Assembly (NCBI GenBank): GCA_000802045.1
Contig: JUEF01000117.1
Coordinates: 6,792-70,791 of the forward strand
DNA: 64,000 nt
Origin: Peptococcaceae bacterium BICA1-8
Lineage (GTDB): Bacteria; Bacillota; Peptococcia; Peptococcales; BICA1-8
Reading direction: 5' to 3'
In this document: positions 1 through 9,332 of the stretch, one piece after another
How positions within the stretch are numbered: position 1 is the stretch's first letter
Layout: each line of letters begins with the position of its first letter
Made by a program: the position numbers and the translations under genes
Notes under the pieces: model-generated
The model's database searches: none
What the model saw: only the letters and a program-made list of their open reading frames with translations
Told to the model about the DNA's origin: nothing

Positions 1-488
1 TTATTTTTTTTGCGATGGCTATTTATGTTTCATTAAACACAGTCCGAGTTATTATGGTTATCAGAGGTAAAAAAGGGGTAGCATCAATTATTGCTGCTAC
101 CGAAAACTTTATATATATGTCAACCTTCGCTTATGCCATTGGAGGAACAGGTAAAACTAATATTATTGGAATATTAATAGCTTCTGCTGGTTATGCAACA
201 GGAGTTTTAACAGGCTCAATTGTTGAGAAAAGTCTTAATATGGGACACTTGATTGTGCAGGTTATTGCTGAAGGAAATCTAGTTTGCCTAGTAGAAGCCC
301 TAAGAAAAGATAATTATGCTATAACAAATTGGAAAGTCAGTGGCTGGAAGGGTGACAAGGATATGCTGTATATTCTTGTAAAGAAAAAAAGATATGCAGG
401 TCTAGAAGCAAGAATAAGAGAGCTAAAGCCAAATGCTTTTGTAGTAATGTATGAGCCTAAGTATTTCTACGGTGGTTATGGGAATTAA
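1..488 (+). CDS. UPF0316/DUF2179-family membrane protein, 5' end outside the window
   Basis: Frame of the 15..488 ORF stays open to position 1. The hydrophobic N-part is followed by a soluble C-domain ending YEPKYFYGGYG, as in UPF0316 proteins. Confidence 0.6.
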   Translation, partial: IFFAMAIYVSLNTVRVIMVIRGKKGVASIIAATENFIYMSTFAYAIGGTGKTNIIGILIASAGYATGVLTGSIVEKSLNMGHLIVQVIAEGNLVCLVEALRKDNYAITNWKVSGWKGDKDMLYILVKKKRYAGLEARIRELKPNAFVVMYEPKYFYGGYGN

Positions 489-508
489 GAAATTGTGAGG
501 TGGACCCT

Positions 509-2278
509 TTGGCGATAAAGTATATTGATCGAGAAACCACGAATATAGAAGAAGAGAAAGTAGCTGGAGAGAGGTATTTAAAATGGCTTTATGAGCACCC
601 AATAGGGATGGGTTTGTTAGAACTACTTTTTAAGAAAAAGCTATTTAGTTATTTTTATGGGAAGCTTCAAGATAGGGCAATAAGTTCTAAAAAGATAGCC
701 GCCTTTGTAAAGGACTATGAAATAGATATGACTGATTACAAAATACCTATAGAGGAGTATCGTTCATTTAATGATTTTTTCTATCGGGAGCTAAAAGAAG
801 GCGCTAGACCAATTGATACAAATGCTAACAGTTTAATTTGCCCTGCTGATGGTCGACTTTTGGCTTATGCAAATATTGATATAGACCAGCTTATACAGGT
901 AAAAGGCAGTAATTTTTCCTTGATAGAGGTAATCGGTGATCAAAAATTGGCCCAAGATTATAGAGACGGTTTTTGTTTTGTTCTTCGTTTATGTCCTATT
1001 GATTATCATCGTTTTCATTTTCCTGCTAATGGGATTGCTGAGGTAGCCCAGGAAATCAAAGGAGATTATTATTCTGTAAACCCCATAGCACTTAGAAAAA
1101 AGGCTCAGGTTTATTGTCGAAACAAAAGGCAGTTAACACTTTTGCATTCTGATATTTTTGACGATATTCTACTGATTGAAGTCGGTGCCACCTGTGTAGG
1201 AACTATAGTTCAGACCTATGCATCTAATGATAAAGTGGCCAAAGGCGAAGAAAAAGGTTATTTTAAATACGGCGGGTCAACTGTAATAATGTTCTTGAAA
1301 TCTGGAACGATAACGGTTGATGAAGATCTGATTTGTAATACACTAAAGGGCATGGAAACTAAAGTGAAAATGGGTATGAGTATTGCCCAGAGGGGAGTTT
1401 GCAAAATGCCTTATGATATGCCTTTATATCGCCCACCTAGTGAGGCAGAAAGCCTAATTTTGCAAATCACCCATGGCTGTTCCCATAATAAATGTACCTT
1501 TTGTTCTATGTATAAGACAAAAAAATTTCGATTATTATCTGAGCATGAGATTGAAGAGCATATCAGTTGGGCTAAAGAGTATGATCCTATGGCCCGACGA
1601 ATTTTTTTAGCAGATGGTAATGCTCTTGCAATAGAATCAAAGCTACTCGAAGGTATAGTCCAAAAACTATATAAGGATTTTCCCAATTTAGAAAGGGTTA
1701 CTGCATATGCGGGCCCTAGGGATATTTTGGAAAAAACCGAGGAAGAGCTTAAAAAATTACAGGCTAGTGGGATCACTATGCTCTATTTAGGGGTTGAAAG
1801 CGGAAGCGAAGAGGTCTTGAAGCTAATAAATAAAGGTGTTACAGCACAAGAAATGATAGAAGCTGGACAGAAGGCAAGGAAAGCTGGTTTTGCATTATCT
1901 TGTACTATTATTTTAGGTTTAGGCGGAAGAGTACTTAGGCAGGAACATGCCCAAGAGACTGCTCGAGTAATAAATGGGATTGAACCAGAGTATTTAGGAG
2001 CCCTGACTCTAATGGTTGAAGATATTACTCCCTTAGCTAGTCAAGTGAGAAGGGGAGAATTTAATTTATTAGAGCCAAAAGAAATTATAGATGAATTATC
2101 TGAAATTATTCATAATTTGGATTTAAAAAATTGTGTGTTTAGAAGTAATCATGCTTCTAATTATCTAGCTTTAAAAGGTATATTAAATCAAGATAAGGAA
2201 ATGCTTTTAAATATTCTTAATGACGCTAAAAAGGTTGGAGATAAAGCTTTTCGCCCTGAGGGCTGGCGCGGATTATAA
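509..2278 (+). CDS. psd: Phosphatidylserine decarboxylase proenzyme fused in frame to a radical SAM domain
   Basis: The N-half has PSD motifs (CPIDYHRFHFP, self-cleavage FKYGGST). The C-half has CSHNKCTFC (CxxxCxxC). TTG at 509 follows the SD GAGGTGG and gives MAIKYIDRET, like clostridial PSD N-termini. An internal SD plus ATG sits at 1406. Confidence 0.8.
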   Translation: MAIKYIDRETTNIEEEKVAGERYLKWLYEHPIGMGLLELLFKKKLFSYFYGKLQDRAISSKKIAAFVKDYEIDMTDYKIPIEEYRSFNDFFYRELKEGARPIDTNANSLICPADGRLLAYANIDIDQLIQVKGSNFSLIEVIGDQKLAQDYRDGFCFVLRLCPIDYHRFHFPANGIAEVAQEIKGDYYSVNPIALRKKAQVYCRNKRQLTLLHSDIFDDILLIEVGATCVGTIVQTYASNDKVAKGEEKGYFKYGGSTVIMFLKSGTITVDEDLICNTLKGMETKVKMGMSIAQRGVCKMPYDMPLYRPPSEAESLILQITHGCSHNKCTFCSMYKTKKFRLLSEHEIEEHISWAKEYDPMARRIFLADGNALAIESKLLEGIVQKLYKDFPNLERVTAYAGPRDILEKTEEELKKLQASGITMLYLGVESGSEEVLKLINKGVTAQEMIEAGQKARKAGFALSCTIILGLGGRVLRQEHAQETARVINGIEPEYLGALTLMVEDITPLASQVRRGEFNLLEPKEIIDELSEIIHNLDLKNCVFRSNHASNYLALKGILNQDKEMLLNILNDAKKVGDKAFRPEGWRGL

Positions 2279-2347
2279 TTTATTGTATAATATTTTTAAC
2301 GGTGTGTTATGATACAAAGGAAATATTATCTAATTGGGGTGATATAG

Positions 2348-2635
2348 GTGCAAGATTTACGGATGGAAGTATTTCTTTATGAGAATGAAGATCCTCGGTA
2401 TAATCGTGATGCAGATATATTAGCTCAACTTTTTAATAGTCTCCGAGAAAAATATCCCCAGATGATTATCAAAGTATATGATGGCAATAAAATTAACGGA
2501 TTATCACAACACATGGATATTGATTATTATAACAGGAATAATTACCCACTATTTATCTTGAATTGGCATATCGTATCCACTGAAGGTATACCAACTATAG
2601 AAGATATTGAAAACTATATTGAGGAATTTCTCTAA
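2348..2635 (+). CDS. hypothetical protein
   Basis: 95-aa ORF in an intergenic slot, co-oriented with its neighbours. No family recognised. Confidence 0.4.
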   Translation: MQDLRMEVFLYENEDPRYNRDADILAQLFNSLREKYPQMIIKVYDGNKINGLSQHMDIDYYNRNNYPLFILNWHIVSTEGIPTIEDIENYIEEFL

Positions 2636-2699
2636 ACTAAGGAATTAAAAAGCACCTCAGGGCTATACTAAAGGTAACATAGATTAGTGGGGTGATGTT

Positions 2700-2840
2700 A
2701 TGTTACTTGATATGACAATTGCTATTATGGATAAACTTGAAAAAGAATTACAGGAAGCTGCTCCAGAAAAAAGAGACCATTTTATTCAAAAGGCTGTAAG
2801 CCTCTTGGAGTTATCAGCAGAAAGCTTGATTAAGAAGTAG
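2700..2840 (+). CDS. small hypothetical protein (46 aa)
   Basis: ATG preceded by GTGGGGTGA and followed by a clean rho-independent terminator. Not in the ORF track because it is under 60 aa. Confidence 0.4.
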   Translation: MLLDMTIAIMDKLEKELQEAAPEKRDHFIQKAVSLLELSAESLIKK

Positions 2841-2863
2841 TTAACTAATAGCGAAGCCTTATA

Positions 2864-2889
2864 AAACCAGCCTTGTGCTGGTTTTTTTG
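2864..2889 (+). terminator. rho-independent terminator
   Basis: ACCAGC-cttgt-GCTGGT stem followed by a T7 run. Confidence 0.7.
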
Positions 2890-2965
2890 TTGAAATTTGT
2901 TGAAATTTTTGAAAAGGTAATTTTAAAAATATGGCGAAGAATAGTGGCAAAAGGAGGTAATATCT

Positions 2966-3157
2966 ATGAGTACTGATTTTAAAATTATTTGCCAAAAATG
3001 TGATGAAGAAGCGTTAATTGTAAAGGGACAGAATTGTGGAGTTGTTGATGAATCCCTTATTGAGATAAATATGGAATTAGATGAGGCTGAAATATACAAT
3101 AGTGAAATATACATAACATGCAATAATTGCGGTAACTCTACCCGGATATATTATTAG
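2966..3157 (+). CDS. small Cys-rich (zinc-ribbon-like) protein
   Basis: 63 aa with CxxC (CQKC) near the N-terminus and CxxC (CNNC) near the C-terminus. SD AAGGAGG lies upstream. Confidence 0.5.
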   Translation: MSTDFKIICQKCDEEALIVKGQNCGVVDESLIEINMELDEAEIYNSEIYITCNNCGNSTRIYY

Positions 3158-3261
3158 GTATAATTATTTTTTATTTCGATAGCTAAAATTTAACTCTATT
3201 CAATGAGCAATAATTGATATATTATGTTTATATATAAATAAGTATTATGAGGGGATAACCA

Positions 3262-3828
3262 TTGAAATTATTTAGTTTTTTATCTGAAGCTATTAGTACG
3301 GTTGCACTAGCTCTAGTGATAGCTGTAATTATTAATCTTTTTTTAATTCAACCCAGTAATGTTTTCGGCTCTTCTATGGAACCTACCCTTCAAGAAGGCG
3401 ATTTGGTAGTAATGTCGAAAATCCTGAACACTTTTGACTTAGAGCCAGACTATGAGGAGATTGTTATTATTGATAGTCAGGTACAGAAAAAACATACAAT
3501 AAAAGATGACCTGATTTTTACCTTTAAATATAATAAGATTTCCTCACTCCTTTTTAAATTAATTCCAGAAGATAAGTATTGGATAAAAAGAGTAATCGGT
3601 AGGTCCGGAGATGTTATTGAATTTAAAGATGGGCAGATATATCGCAATGGAGAGCTTTTAGAAGAAACGTACATTAAGGAAGAAATGCATACACCTAATC
3701 TTAAGGTAGTTGTTCCAGAAAAACATATTTATGTCTTAGGTGATAATAGAAATCATAGTGCAGATAGCAGGATAATAGGAAGTGTTCCCGTTGAAAATGT
3801 ACTAGGCAAATTAATCTTTACACTTTAA
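3262..3828 (+). CDS. lepB: signal peptidase I
   Basis: N-terminal TM segment, catalytic GSSMEPTL box, and GDNRNHSADSR box. Confidence 0.9.
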   Translation: MKLFSFLSEAISTVALALVIAVIINLFLIQPSNVFGSSMEPTLQEGDLVVMSKILNTFDLEPDYEEIVIIDSQVQKKHTIKDDLIFTFKYNKISSLLFKLIPEDKYWIKRVIGRSGDVIEFKDGQIYRNGELLEETYIKEEMHTPNLKVVVPEKHIYVLGDNRNHSADSRIIGSVPVENVLGKLIFTL

Positions 3829-3831
3829 ATG

Positions 3832-3865
3832 AAACCCTATGATTAATCTAGGGTTTTATTTTTTT
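3832..3865 (+). terminator. rho-independent terminator
   Basis: AAACCCT/AGGGTTT stem followed by a T-run. Confidence 0.65.
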
Positions 3866-3934
3866 ATACTTAAATAGGAAAATAATATTTTATAACGAAT
3901 AAGGAAGAATGAATAAAATTAGGGAGTGCATTCT

Positions 3935-5452
3935 GTGTATAAAAATGGTGCAGTATCAAGTGCGCATAAACTCGCAACAGAAACAGGTATTTCAATTCTT
4001 AAATCTGGTGGGAACGCCGTCGATGCTGCGGTAGCTACTGCTTTCGCCTTAAGTGTTGTCGACCCACAAAATTCCGGGCTAGGAGGTTTAGGCGGTTATG
4101 CAACAATATACCTTAAAGAAAAAGAGGAGGTCCTAGTAGTAAATTTTGGTCCTCAAGCTCCACAAAATAGTAGTCCGGATATGTTTGTTGATAGTTCTAA
4201 TACAGTGGGCCATAAAGCGGTAAGCATACCTACGGTCCTAAAGGGCTTAAGTACAATTTCAAAAAAGTATGGCAAATTATCTTTAAGTCAGTGTATTGAG
4301 CCAAGCCGGGTATTAGCTGAAAGCGGATTTCAAATAAATTCTGCTCTATACAGAGCAGTAAAAGAAAAACACTTAGATTCAGAAACTAAAAAAGTGTTTC
4401 AGGCGGACAAAGTTAAAGAAGGAGATTTCTTAAAGCTAACCGATTATGCTCGGACCTTAAAAAAAATACAGGAGCAGGGGGAAGATGTATTTTATCAAGG
4501 TGAAATTGCTGATTTGCTTTTAGCTCTTATCAAAAAAGGAAAGGGTATATTAACAAAAGAAGACCTAGTAAATTATGAGGTTAAAATAGAGAGGCCAGGC
4601 AAAATTAATTATCATGGCTATGATATATATTTCCCTTTATTTAATTCTGGCGGCGTTACAATGGCACAGATATTGAAGATCAGCGAAAAAATTGAGTTAA
4701 AAGAGCTTTCAAAGCTAGAACACCTTGATGTTATGTATCATGTCATGCAGGCAGCCTTCGAGGATCGTTTTAAAGTATTAGAAAAAAGAACAGTTAAAGA
4801 AGCTGAAATTCTGCACTTAATAAATGAGGAATATTGTAAAAAAGCTGCTGAGAAGATAAAAAGGGGTGAATATAGTACATATTTTACTAAGTCTGAGGAT
4901 ATTGGTCATACTACCCATCTATGTACAGTAGACAATGAAGGAAACATGGTAACACTAACCCAAACTAACGGTCAACTTTGGTTTGGTTCCGGCCTAACAG
5001 TTCCGGGAACGGGGATAGTCCTCAATTGCGGAATGTCTCAATTTAGTACAGATCCTCAGCATCCTAATGCCCCACAGCCAAATCGTTCTAATTTATCTAA
5101 TATGACCCCAACCCTTGTTCTTAAAAATAATAGGCCTTTTTTAGCTATTGGGACCCCAGGTTCGAGAAGAATTATAACCATAGTTGCAGCAGTAATTATT
5201 CAGATAATAGCTCTAGATAAAACATTAAAGGAAGCCCTGGATACCCCGAGAATACATTGTGAGGGCAGAAAGCTCTGGGTTGAAAAAGAAGCTTTTGATT
5301 TACAGCTGCTTAACCTGCTTAAAGATAAATATCCTTTGGAATACTTATCTTTAGGGCATTTCTATGGTTCGACTACTGCTATCCAGGTTATTGAGGATAG
5401 CTATTACCCGGAAGTTGATAGCAGGTTCCCAGGTTCAGCCAGAGGATATTAA
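3935..5452 (+). CDS. ggt: gamma-glutamyltransferase family protein (no signal peptide)
   Basis: GGT-family N-terminus (GGNAVDAAVA) and autoprocessing/nucleophile region GHTTHLCTVD. GTG at 3935 is better spaced from the SD AGGGAG than the track start at 3926. Confidence 0.85.
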   Translation: MYKNGAVSSAHKLATETGISILKSGGNAVDAAVATAFALSVVDPQNSGLGGLGGYATIYLKEKEEVLVVNFGPQAPQNSSPDMFVDSSNTVGHKAVSIPTVLKGLSTISKKYGKLSLSQCIEPSRVLAESGFQINSALYRAVKEKHLDSETKKVFQADKVKEGDFLKLTDYARTLKKIQEQGEDVFYQGEIADLLLALIKKGKGILTKEDLVNYEVKIERPGKINYHGYDIYFPLFNSGGVTMAQILKISEKIELKELSKLEHLDVMYHVMQAAFEDRFKVLEKRTVKEAEILHLINEEYCKKAAEKIKRGEYSTYFTKSEDIGHTTHLCTVDNEGNMVTLTQTNGQLWFGSGLTVPGTGIVLNCGMSQFSTDPQHPNAPQPNRSNLSNMTPTLVLKNNRPFLAIGTPGSRRIITIVAAVIIQIIALDKTLKEALDTPRIHCEGRKLWVEKEAFDLQLLNLLKDKYPLEYLSLGHFYGSTTAIQVIEDSYYPEVDSRFPGSARGY

Positions 5453-5454
5453 AA

Positions 5455-5488
5455 AGTGGAGAGGAACAAAAACTAGTTCCTCTCCACT
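5455..5488. terminator. bidirectional terminator between convergent genes
   Basis: 13-bp stem AGTGGAGAGGAAC/GTTCCTCTCCACT flanked by A- and T-runs. Confidence 0.7.
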
Positions 5489-5497
5489 TCAATTTAA

Positions 5498-6055
5498 CTA
5501 GAGAATTGCAATACCAACAAGAAGAGCATAGCCATTAAATACTTTTACTCTGGCGGCAATTTTCCCTTGTCTAGCTGCTTTCTCAAGTGCTGTACCAGTA
5601 TTTTCAGGCACATAATATCTATCCAGACCAAAATTAAGAAAAACTGGACTATCTAGAGATTTATCCCCATACAGAAAAACATTATATGAGGGGAGTCGGC
5701 CTTTTATATATATACGATCTTTTGGTTTTTCAAAAGAGATATAATCTATTGCCATATGACCGCTTTCTTCTTTTAAAACACCATAAATTTTCTGCATCTT
5801 TTTTGGCAACCTATTTACATCATTTCCAGTAAGCTCTATCAATTCTTGAGGAAATTTTTCCAGCGCAACCTCTTCAATTTTATATGAAAGGTTTACGTAG
5901 TCTCCTCTAAAGATATCACGGGGGTCAAATGGTCGTGTTTCCAGTAAGATTTCCTGACCGAAAAATAATGTTAGTACTGGCTGTACTGCCATTCCTAAGA
6001 GAATAATAACCGGGATTACCACAGCGATTGTAAAGCTTTTTCTATTAAGCACCAA
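5498..6055 (-). CDS. GDYXXLXY domain-containing protein
   Basis: N-terminal TM segment and the literal motif RGDYVNLSY. Confidence 0.8.
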   Translation of the reverse strand: MVLNRKSFTIAVVIPVIILLGMAVQPVLTLFFGQEILLETRPFDPRDIFRGDYVNLSYKIEEVALEKFPQELIELTGNDVNRLPKKMQKIYGVLKEESGHMAIDYISFEKPKDRIYIKGRLPSYNVFLYGDKSLDSPVFLNFGLDRYYVPENTGTALEKAARQGKIAARVKVFNGYALLVGIAIL

Positions 6056-7082
6056 TAGTAACCCCCTTTTTTCTTAGTTTTTCAAAATAATAACCAAAGC
6101 CTAACAAGATAACCCCTCCGATAATAAAGAAGATAGACTTAGGCATAAAGTCATAAAAAGTGTCAAAATAAAACCTAAAAATAGTAAAACATATAAAAAC
6201 CAGGGAAATTAAACTACCTTTTCTAACTGTATTAAATAAGAATAATAAAAAGATTAAAGTAAATACAAGGCTGGTCATAATTCTGGAATCAAAAGGAACT
6301 ATATCCCAAGTGTCTTTGAAGGTTAGTATAAGGCCTGATATGCCGATAACAATATTACCCTGCACCTTCATGATTTCTTTGTTCATTCCTAAAGGTTTTA
6401 CGTACATCAATACACCAAAAAGTAGGAACATAACGCAAATATAAAAACCATCTAGACCCCAGTAATGTGCAAAATATCCAAGGGTATTTAAACCAACCAG
6501 GTTATTAAAAAAAGAACCCAATTTAGAATTACCTAGTACCGTATTTAAATAGTACAATGCTGGACTAACTATTAACATGATTAGGGGTAACCCATCAATA
6601 TCAAAATTACCATTTAGATAAACCAAGAATAAAATATGAGTAAAAATGAAGATTAACTTATCCTTAAATATAACTCCCATAGGTAGGATGCCTAGACCCC
6701 AAAGCAGGAAGTCCGAAGTAAAATGACCACTGAAATTAAACATTTGGTCAATCAAGAAAATAGCTGCTCCATATGTTAAAACTCCAAGATAAATTAAACT
6801 AATACTTGTCTTAGGAAAATCTTGAGATAATTTGTAACTGCCTAAATTTGCAATTAAGTAAATACCAAGTAGAATAGTGAACTTGGATAACTTGCCGAGA
6901 TATTGCCAATTTGAAGCAATAAAGCTAAGTATTCCTAAGCCTAACAAAAGAGCACCCAGTGTTAATATTATTTTGATAAAGTTTCCGCTAGTGCTTTTAA
7001 CCTCATAGTTTGCTAATATATTATCTTTATTTTCCTCGGAAATTACAGAAGTTGTAGAGAAATATTCTAATTCTTGCTTCAT
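6045..7082 (-). CDS. DUF2157-like polytopic membrane protein
   Basis: Many TM segments. Overlaps the downstream GDYXXLXY gene by 11 nt, which is the usual pairing for these two families. Confidence 0.6.
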   Translation of the reverse strand: MKQELEYFSTTSVISEENKDNILANYEVKSTSGNFIKIILTLGALLLGLGILSFIASNWQYLGKLSKFTILLGIYLIANLGSYKLSQDFPKTSISLIYLGVLTYGAAIFLIDQMFNFSGHFTSDFLLWGLGILPMGVIFKDKLIFIFTHILFLVYLNGNFDIDGLPLIMLIVSPALYYLNTVLGNSKLGSFFNNLVGLNTLGYFAHYWGLDGFYICVMFLLFGVLMYVKPLGMNKEIMKVQGNIVIGISGLILTFKDTWDIVPFDSRIMTSLVFTLIFLLFLFNTVRKGSLISLVFICFTIFRFYFDTFYDFMPKSIFFIIGGVILLGFGYYFEKLRKKGVTIGA

Positions 7083-7164
7083 AAATGCATAATCCTTTTG
7101 GGATATTTTTCTATTAGCCAGAAGATATCACCCCTTTATTAAAACTTTGATACAATTGTTTAAA

Positions 7165-7557
7165 CTATACTGTAGGAATTTTCTTGTCTTCATTTAAGAT
7201 ATGATGCTCAATCCATTTTAGGACGAAATCTAAAACCTCCATTATTGCTGCATCCTGTTTTTCATCAACTATTCTTAAGTCAATTTTATTAATTGTTTCA
7301 ATAAAATCATTATGAGAAACCTTCTGAGATAGTAGTTTTTTATAACCGATTTTTTGCATATATTCTTCTTCAAATTTGAAATGATATATTGTGTAATCTT
7401 TTAATTCCTCTAGGATTTGGATGATTTTATCATACTTATCAAGATAGATCTTATTTTTCAAAAGTGCATATGCTCTATCACAAATTTCAAAAAGTTTTTC
7501 ATGCTGTTCATCAATTTGTGGTACCCCAATCTTATAATCATCTTTCCACTTAATCAT
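7165..7557 (-). CDS. hemerythrin-like metal-binding protein (bacteriohemerythrin)
   Basis: N-terminus MIKWKDDYKIGVPQIDEQHEKLFE and C-terminal WIEHHI motif. Confidence 0.85.
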   Translation of the reverse strand: MIKWKDDYKIGVPQIDEQHEKLFEICDRAYALLKNKIYLDKYDKIIQILEELKDYTIYHFKFEEEYMQKIGYKKLLSQKVSHNDFIETINKIDLRIVDEKQDAAIMEVLDFVLKWIEHHILNEDKKIPTV

Positions 7558-7667
7558 ATTGTTACCTCCTATTTAATTATATTACTTATTAAATCTAATT
7601 ACCTAAATTATTAAGAATTTAAACAATTAATAGTATATAGGTTCAACCAATTATGTCTATTAAAACC

Positions 7668-7703
7668 AAAAGTCCAGTGGCTAGAGCTAGCTACTGGACT
7701 TTT
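7668..7703. terminator. bidirectional hairpin terminator
   Basis: AAAAGTCCAGT ... ACTGGACTTTT, an 11-bp stem with A/T runs on both sides. Confidence 0.6.
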
Positions 7704-7771
7704 ATATATTTATTAATTTACTAGTGTATCAAACAATTACACTTACCTTCTTTTTTTGCCTTTAATTTTAT

Positions 7772-7942
7772 TTACATTAGGCTAGTACTTATGACAGGAT
7801 ATTCAAAAATATGAAGCTCCCATCCTTTGCTTTTTTGCTCTTGTTCAAACCTATATATTTCCGCTTCGTCCCTGTTTGAAAATATCCTGTCGTCAGATAC
7901 AACACCGTTTGTATCTACAATTTTTACTACATATTTTTTCAT
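7772..7942 (-). CDS. small protein (56 aa), paralog of 8396..8572
   Basis: My translation is MKKYVVKIVDTNGVVSDDRIFSNRDEAEIYRFEQEQKSKGWELHIFEYPVISTSLM. SD GGAGGTG lies upstream and the terminator at 7668..7703 lies downstream. Confidence 0.6.
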   Translation of the reverse strand: MKKYVVKIVDTNGVVSDDRIFSNRDEAEIYRFEQEQKSKGWELHIFEYPVISTSLM

Positions 7943-8395
7943 AATTCACCTCCTGATTATATTTTAACTCCGGTTCAAAGCTTATAAGCATTTTATCTTG
8001 TATTTGTAATGTTGTTTTAATTAATTTCAAAAATAGATGTCTTATAATATAGTATATAAAAATTTCGTGTATTCTATAATAGTTTCCTGCATATTTTTCA
8101 CTTTTCTTTTATAAATGTTATTGATTACTATGATTACTTAAAACGTTACTAATAGAAATGCAAGGAAATAGGATTGAATTAACATCAATAAACAGTCTTA
8201 TAAAAAAAACTTATTATATAACTACGTAATATTTATATAAAAGTAAATAAAAAATTCAGAATAATATAGAAAAATAAAAATTTTTCGTATAAAATAAATA
8301 TAAAGAATATATAAACATTATATTTTCCCTTATAAGCTAAAAAATAAAATAATTAAATTTTTTAATATCTTACGAAAAATATAGGAGGTACACTT

Positions 8396-8572
8396 ATGTT
8401 GAAGGTTTTTGTAGTTAAGCTGATAGATACTAATGGAGTTGTCTCCTTAGATCGGATATTTATCAGAAAAAAAGATGCGGAATCCTACATTTATGAACAA
8501 GAAAAAAGAAGTAAGGGATGGGAATTGCAAATATTCGAACACCACTTAATAATGGAGACATGTGTTATCTAG
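8396..8572 (+). CDS. small protein (58 aa), paralog of 7772..7942
   Basis: My translation is MLKVFVVKLIDTNGVVSLDRIFIRKKDAESYIYEQEKRSKGWELQIFEHHLIMETCVI. SD AGGAGG lies upstream and a terminator follows directly. Confidence 0.6.
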   Translation: MLKVFVVKLIDTNGVVSLDRIFIRKKDAESYIYEQEKRSKGWELQIFEHHLIMETCVI

Positions 8573-8579
8573 CAATAAA

Positions 8580-8609
8580 GGGGCATAGAATTCCGCCCCT
8601 CTTATTTTT
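8580..8609. terminator. hairpin terminator
   Basis: GGGGC ... GCCCC stem followed by TCTTATTTTT. Confidence 0.55.
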
Positions 8610-8706
8610 GATATTCCTTTTCAATTCCATCAGCCCAGAATAGATTTGAGCCCTTATGGACGTATGTTTTGCAAATAATACAATTTATATGTTGTTGTTG
8701 ATCCAT
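8602..8706 (-). CDS. possible small ORF (34 aa)
   Basis: MDQQQHINCIICKTYVHKGSNLFWADGIEKEYQK, with SD AAGGAGA 7 nt upstream. No family recognised. Confidence 0.25.
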   Translation of the reverse strand: MDQQQHINCIICKTYVHKGSNLFWADGIEKEYQK

Positions 8707-8841
8707 CTGCTCATCTCCTTTTTCTTATTAATTTGCCAAGTAGTCGAAATTTATTCGAGAGATATTTTTTATTGTTCTAAATTTGAATATTTAACTCCCT
8801 ATATACAAAAAATATACTAAACTTGTTAAGGGGGTTATCTT

Positions 8842-9012
8842 ATGCAGGATAAAATACGTATGGATCAAGGAAAAGCCTTTAACCAAATTAAAAAAGAGAA
8901 AAAAATTGATAAAGAATTAAGAGATGGGAAAAGAATGGAATCTACAAAAGATCCTGTGGATACCATAACTGCAATGCAGGAAGGTGAAAGCAGTATTAAG
9001 AAGGAGCTATAG
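8842..9012 (+). CDS. small hydrophilic protein (56 aa)
   Basis: SD AAGGGGG lies 6 nt upstream of the ATG. The sequence is Lys/Glu-rich, and a hairpin plus T-run follows at about 9024..9046. Confidence 0.4.
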   Translation: MQDKIRMDQGKAFNQIKKEKKIDKELRDGKRMESTKDPVDTITAMQEGESSIKKEL

Positions 9013-9116
9013 GGGTGCACTTTAAGCCTCCAAGGCTCTTTTTTTGTTTTTCTAAAATGGAGAATAATTTAATACTTTTAACTAATAATAATAAAAAATG
9101 CTAGGAGGAATAACAT

Positions 9117-9332
9117 ATGAGCCAAATAACAACTGCGGAAATGCTCCAAATTCGCGAGCTATTGCAAATGGAGACCAATTCAGTAGCTAAAGCAAAAGCA
9201 ACCCAAACCCTAATTAAAGATGATGAATTCTTGACTTTAGCAAAATCCGGAGTTCAGGCAAGCGAGGCGAGAATCAAAGCTCTAAAGCAATTTATAACTG
9301 AAAATGATATAATTGCCTCGGAGGTGCATTAA
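9117..9332 (+). CDS. small spore-coat-associated protein, partner of the CotF-like gene
   Basis: SD AGGAGG. Its stop overlaps the start of the next gene (TAATG). This two-gene layout is typical of CotF-family loci. Confidence 0.5.
   Translation: MSQITTAEMLQIRELLQMETNSVAKAKATQTLIKDDEFLTLAKSGVQASEARIKALKQFITENDIIASEVH

Noticed and set aside
500-508. GTG at 500 as the psd start
   Set aside because: The GTG overlaps the SD itself (GAGGTGG). TTG at 509 has proper spacing and reproduces the usual M-x-IKY.. PSD N-terminus.
1411-1776. 121-aa minus-strand ORF inside the radical-SAM region
   Set aside because: It is fully antisense to a motif-rich coding region, has no SD, and has the Ser/Leu-rich composition typical of antisense frames.
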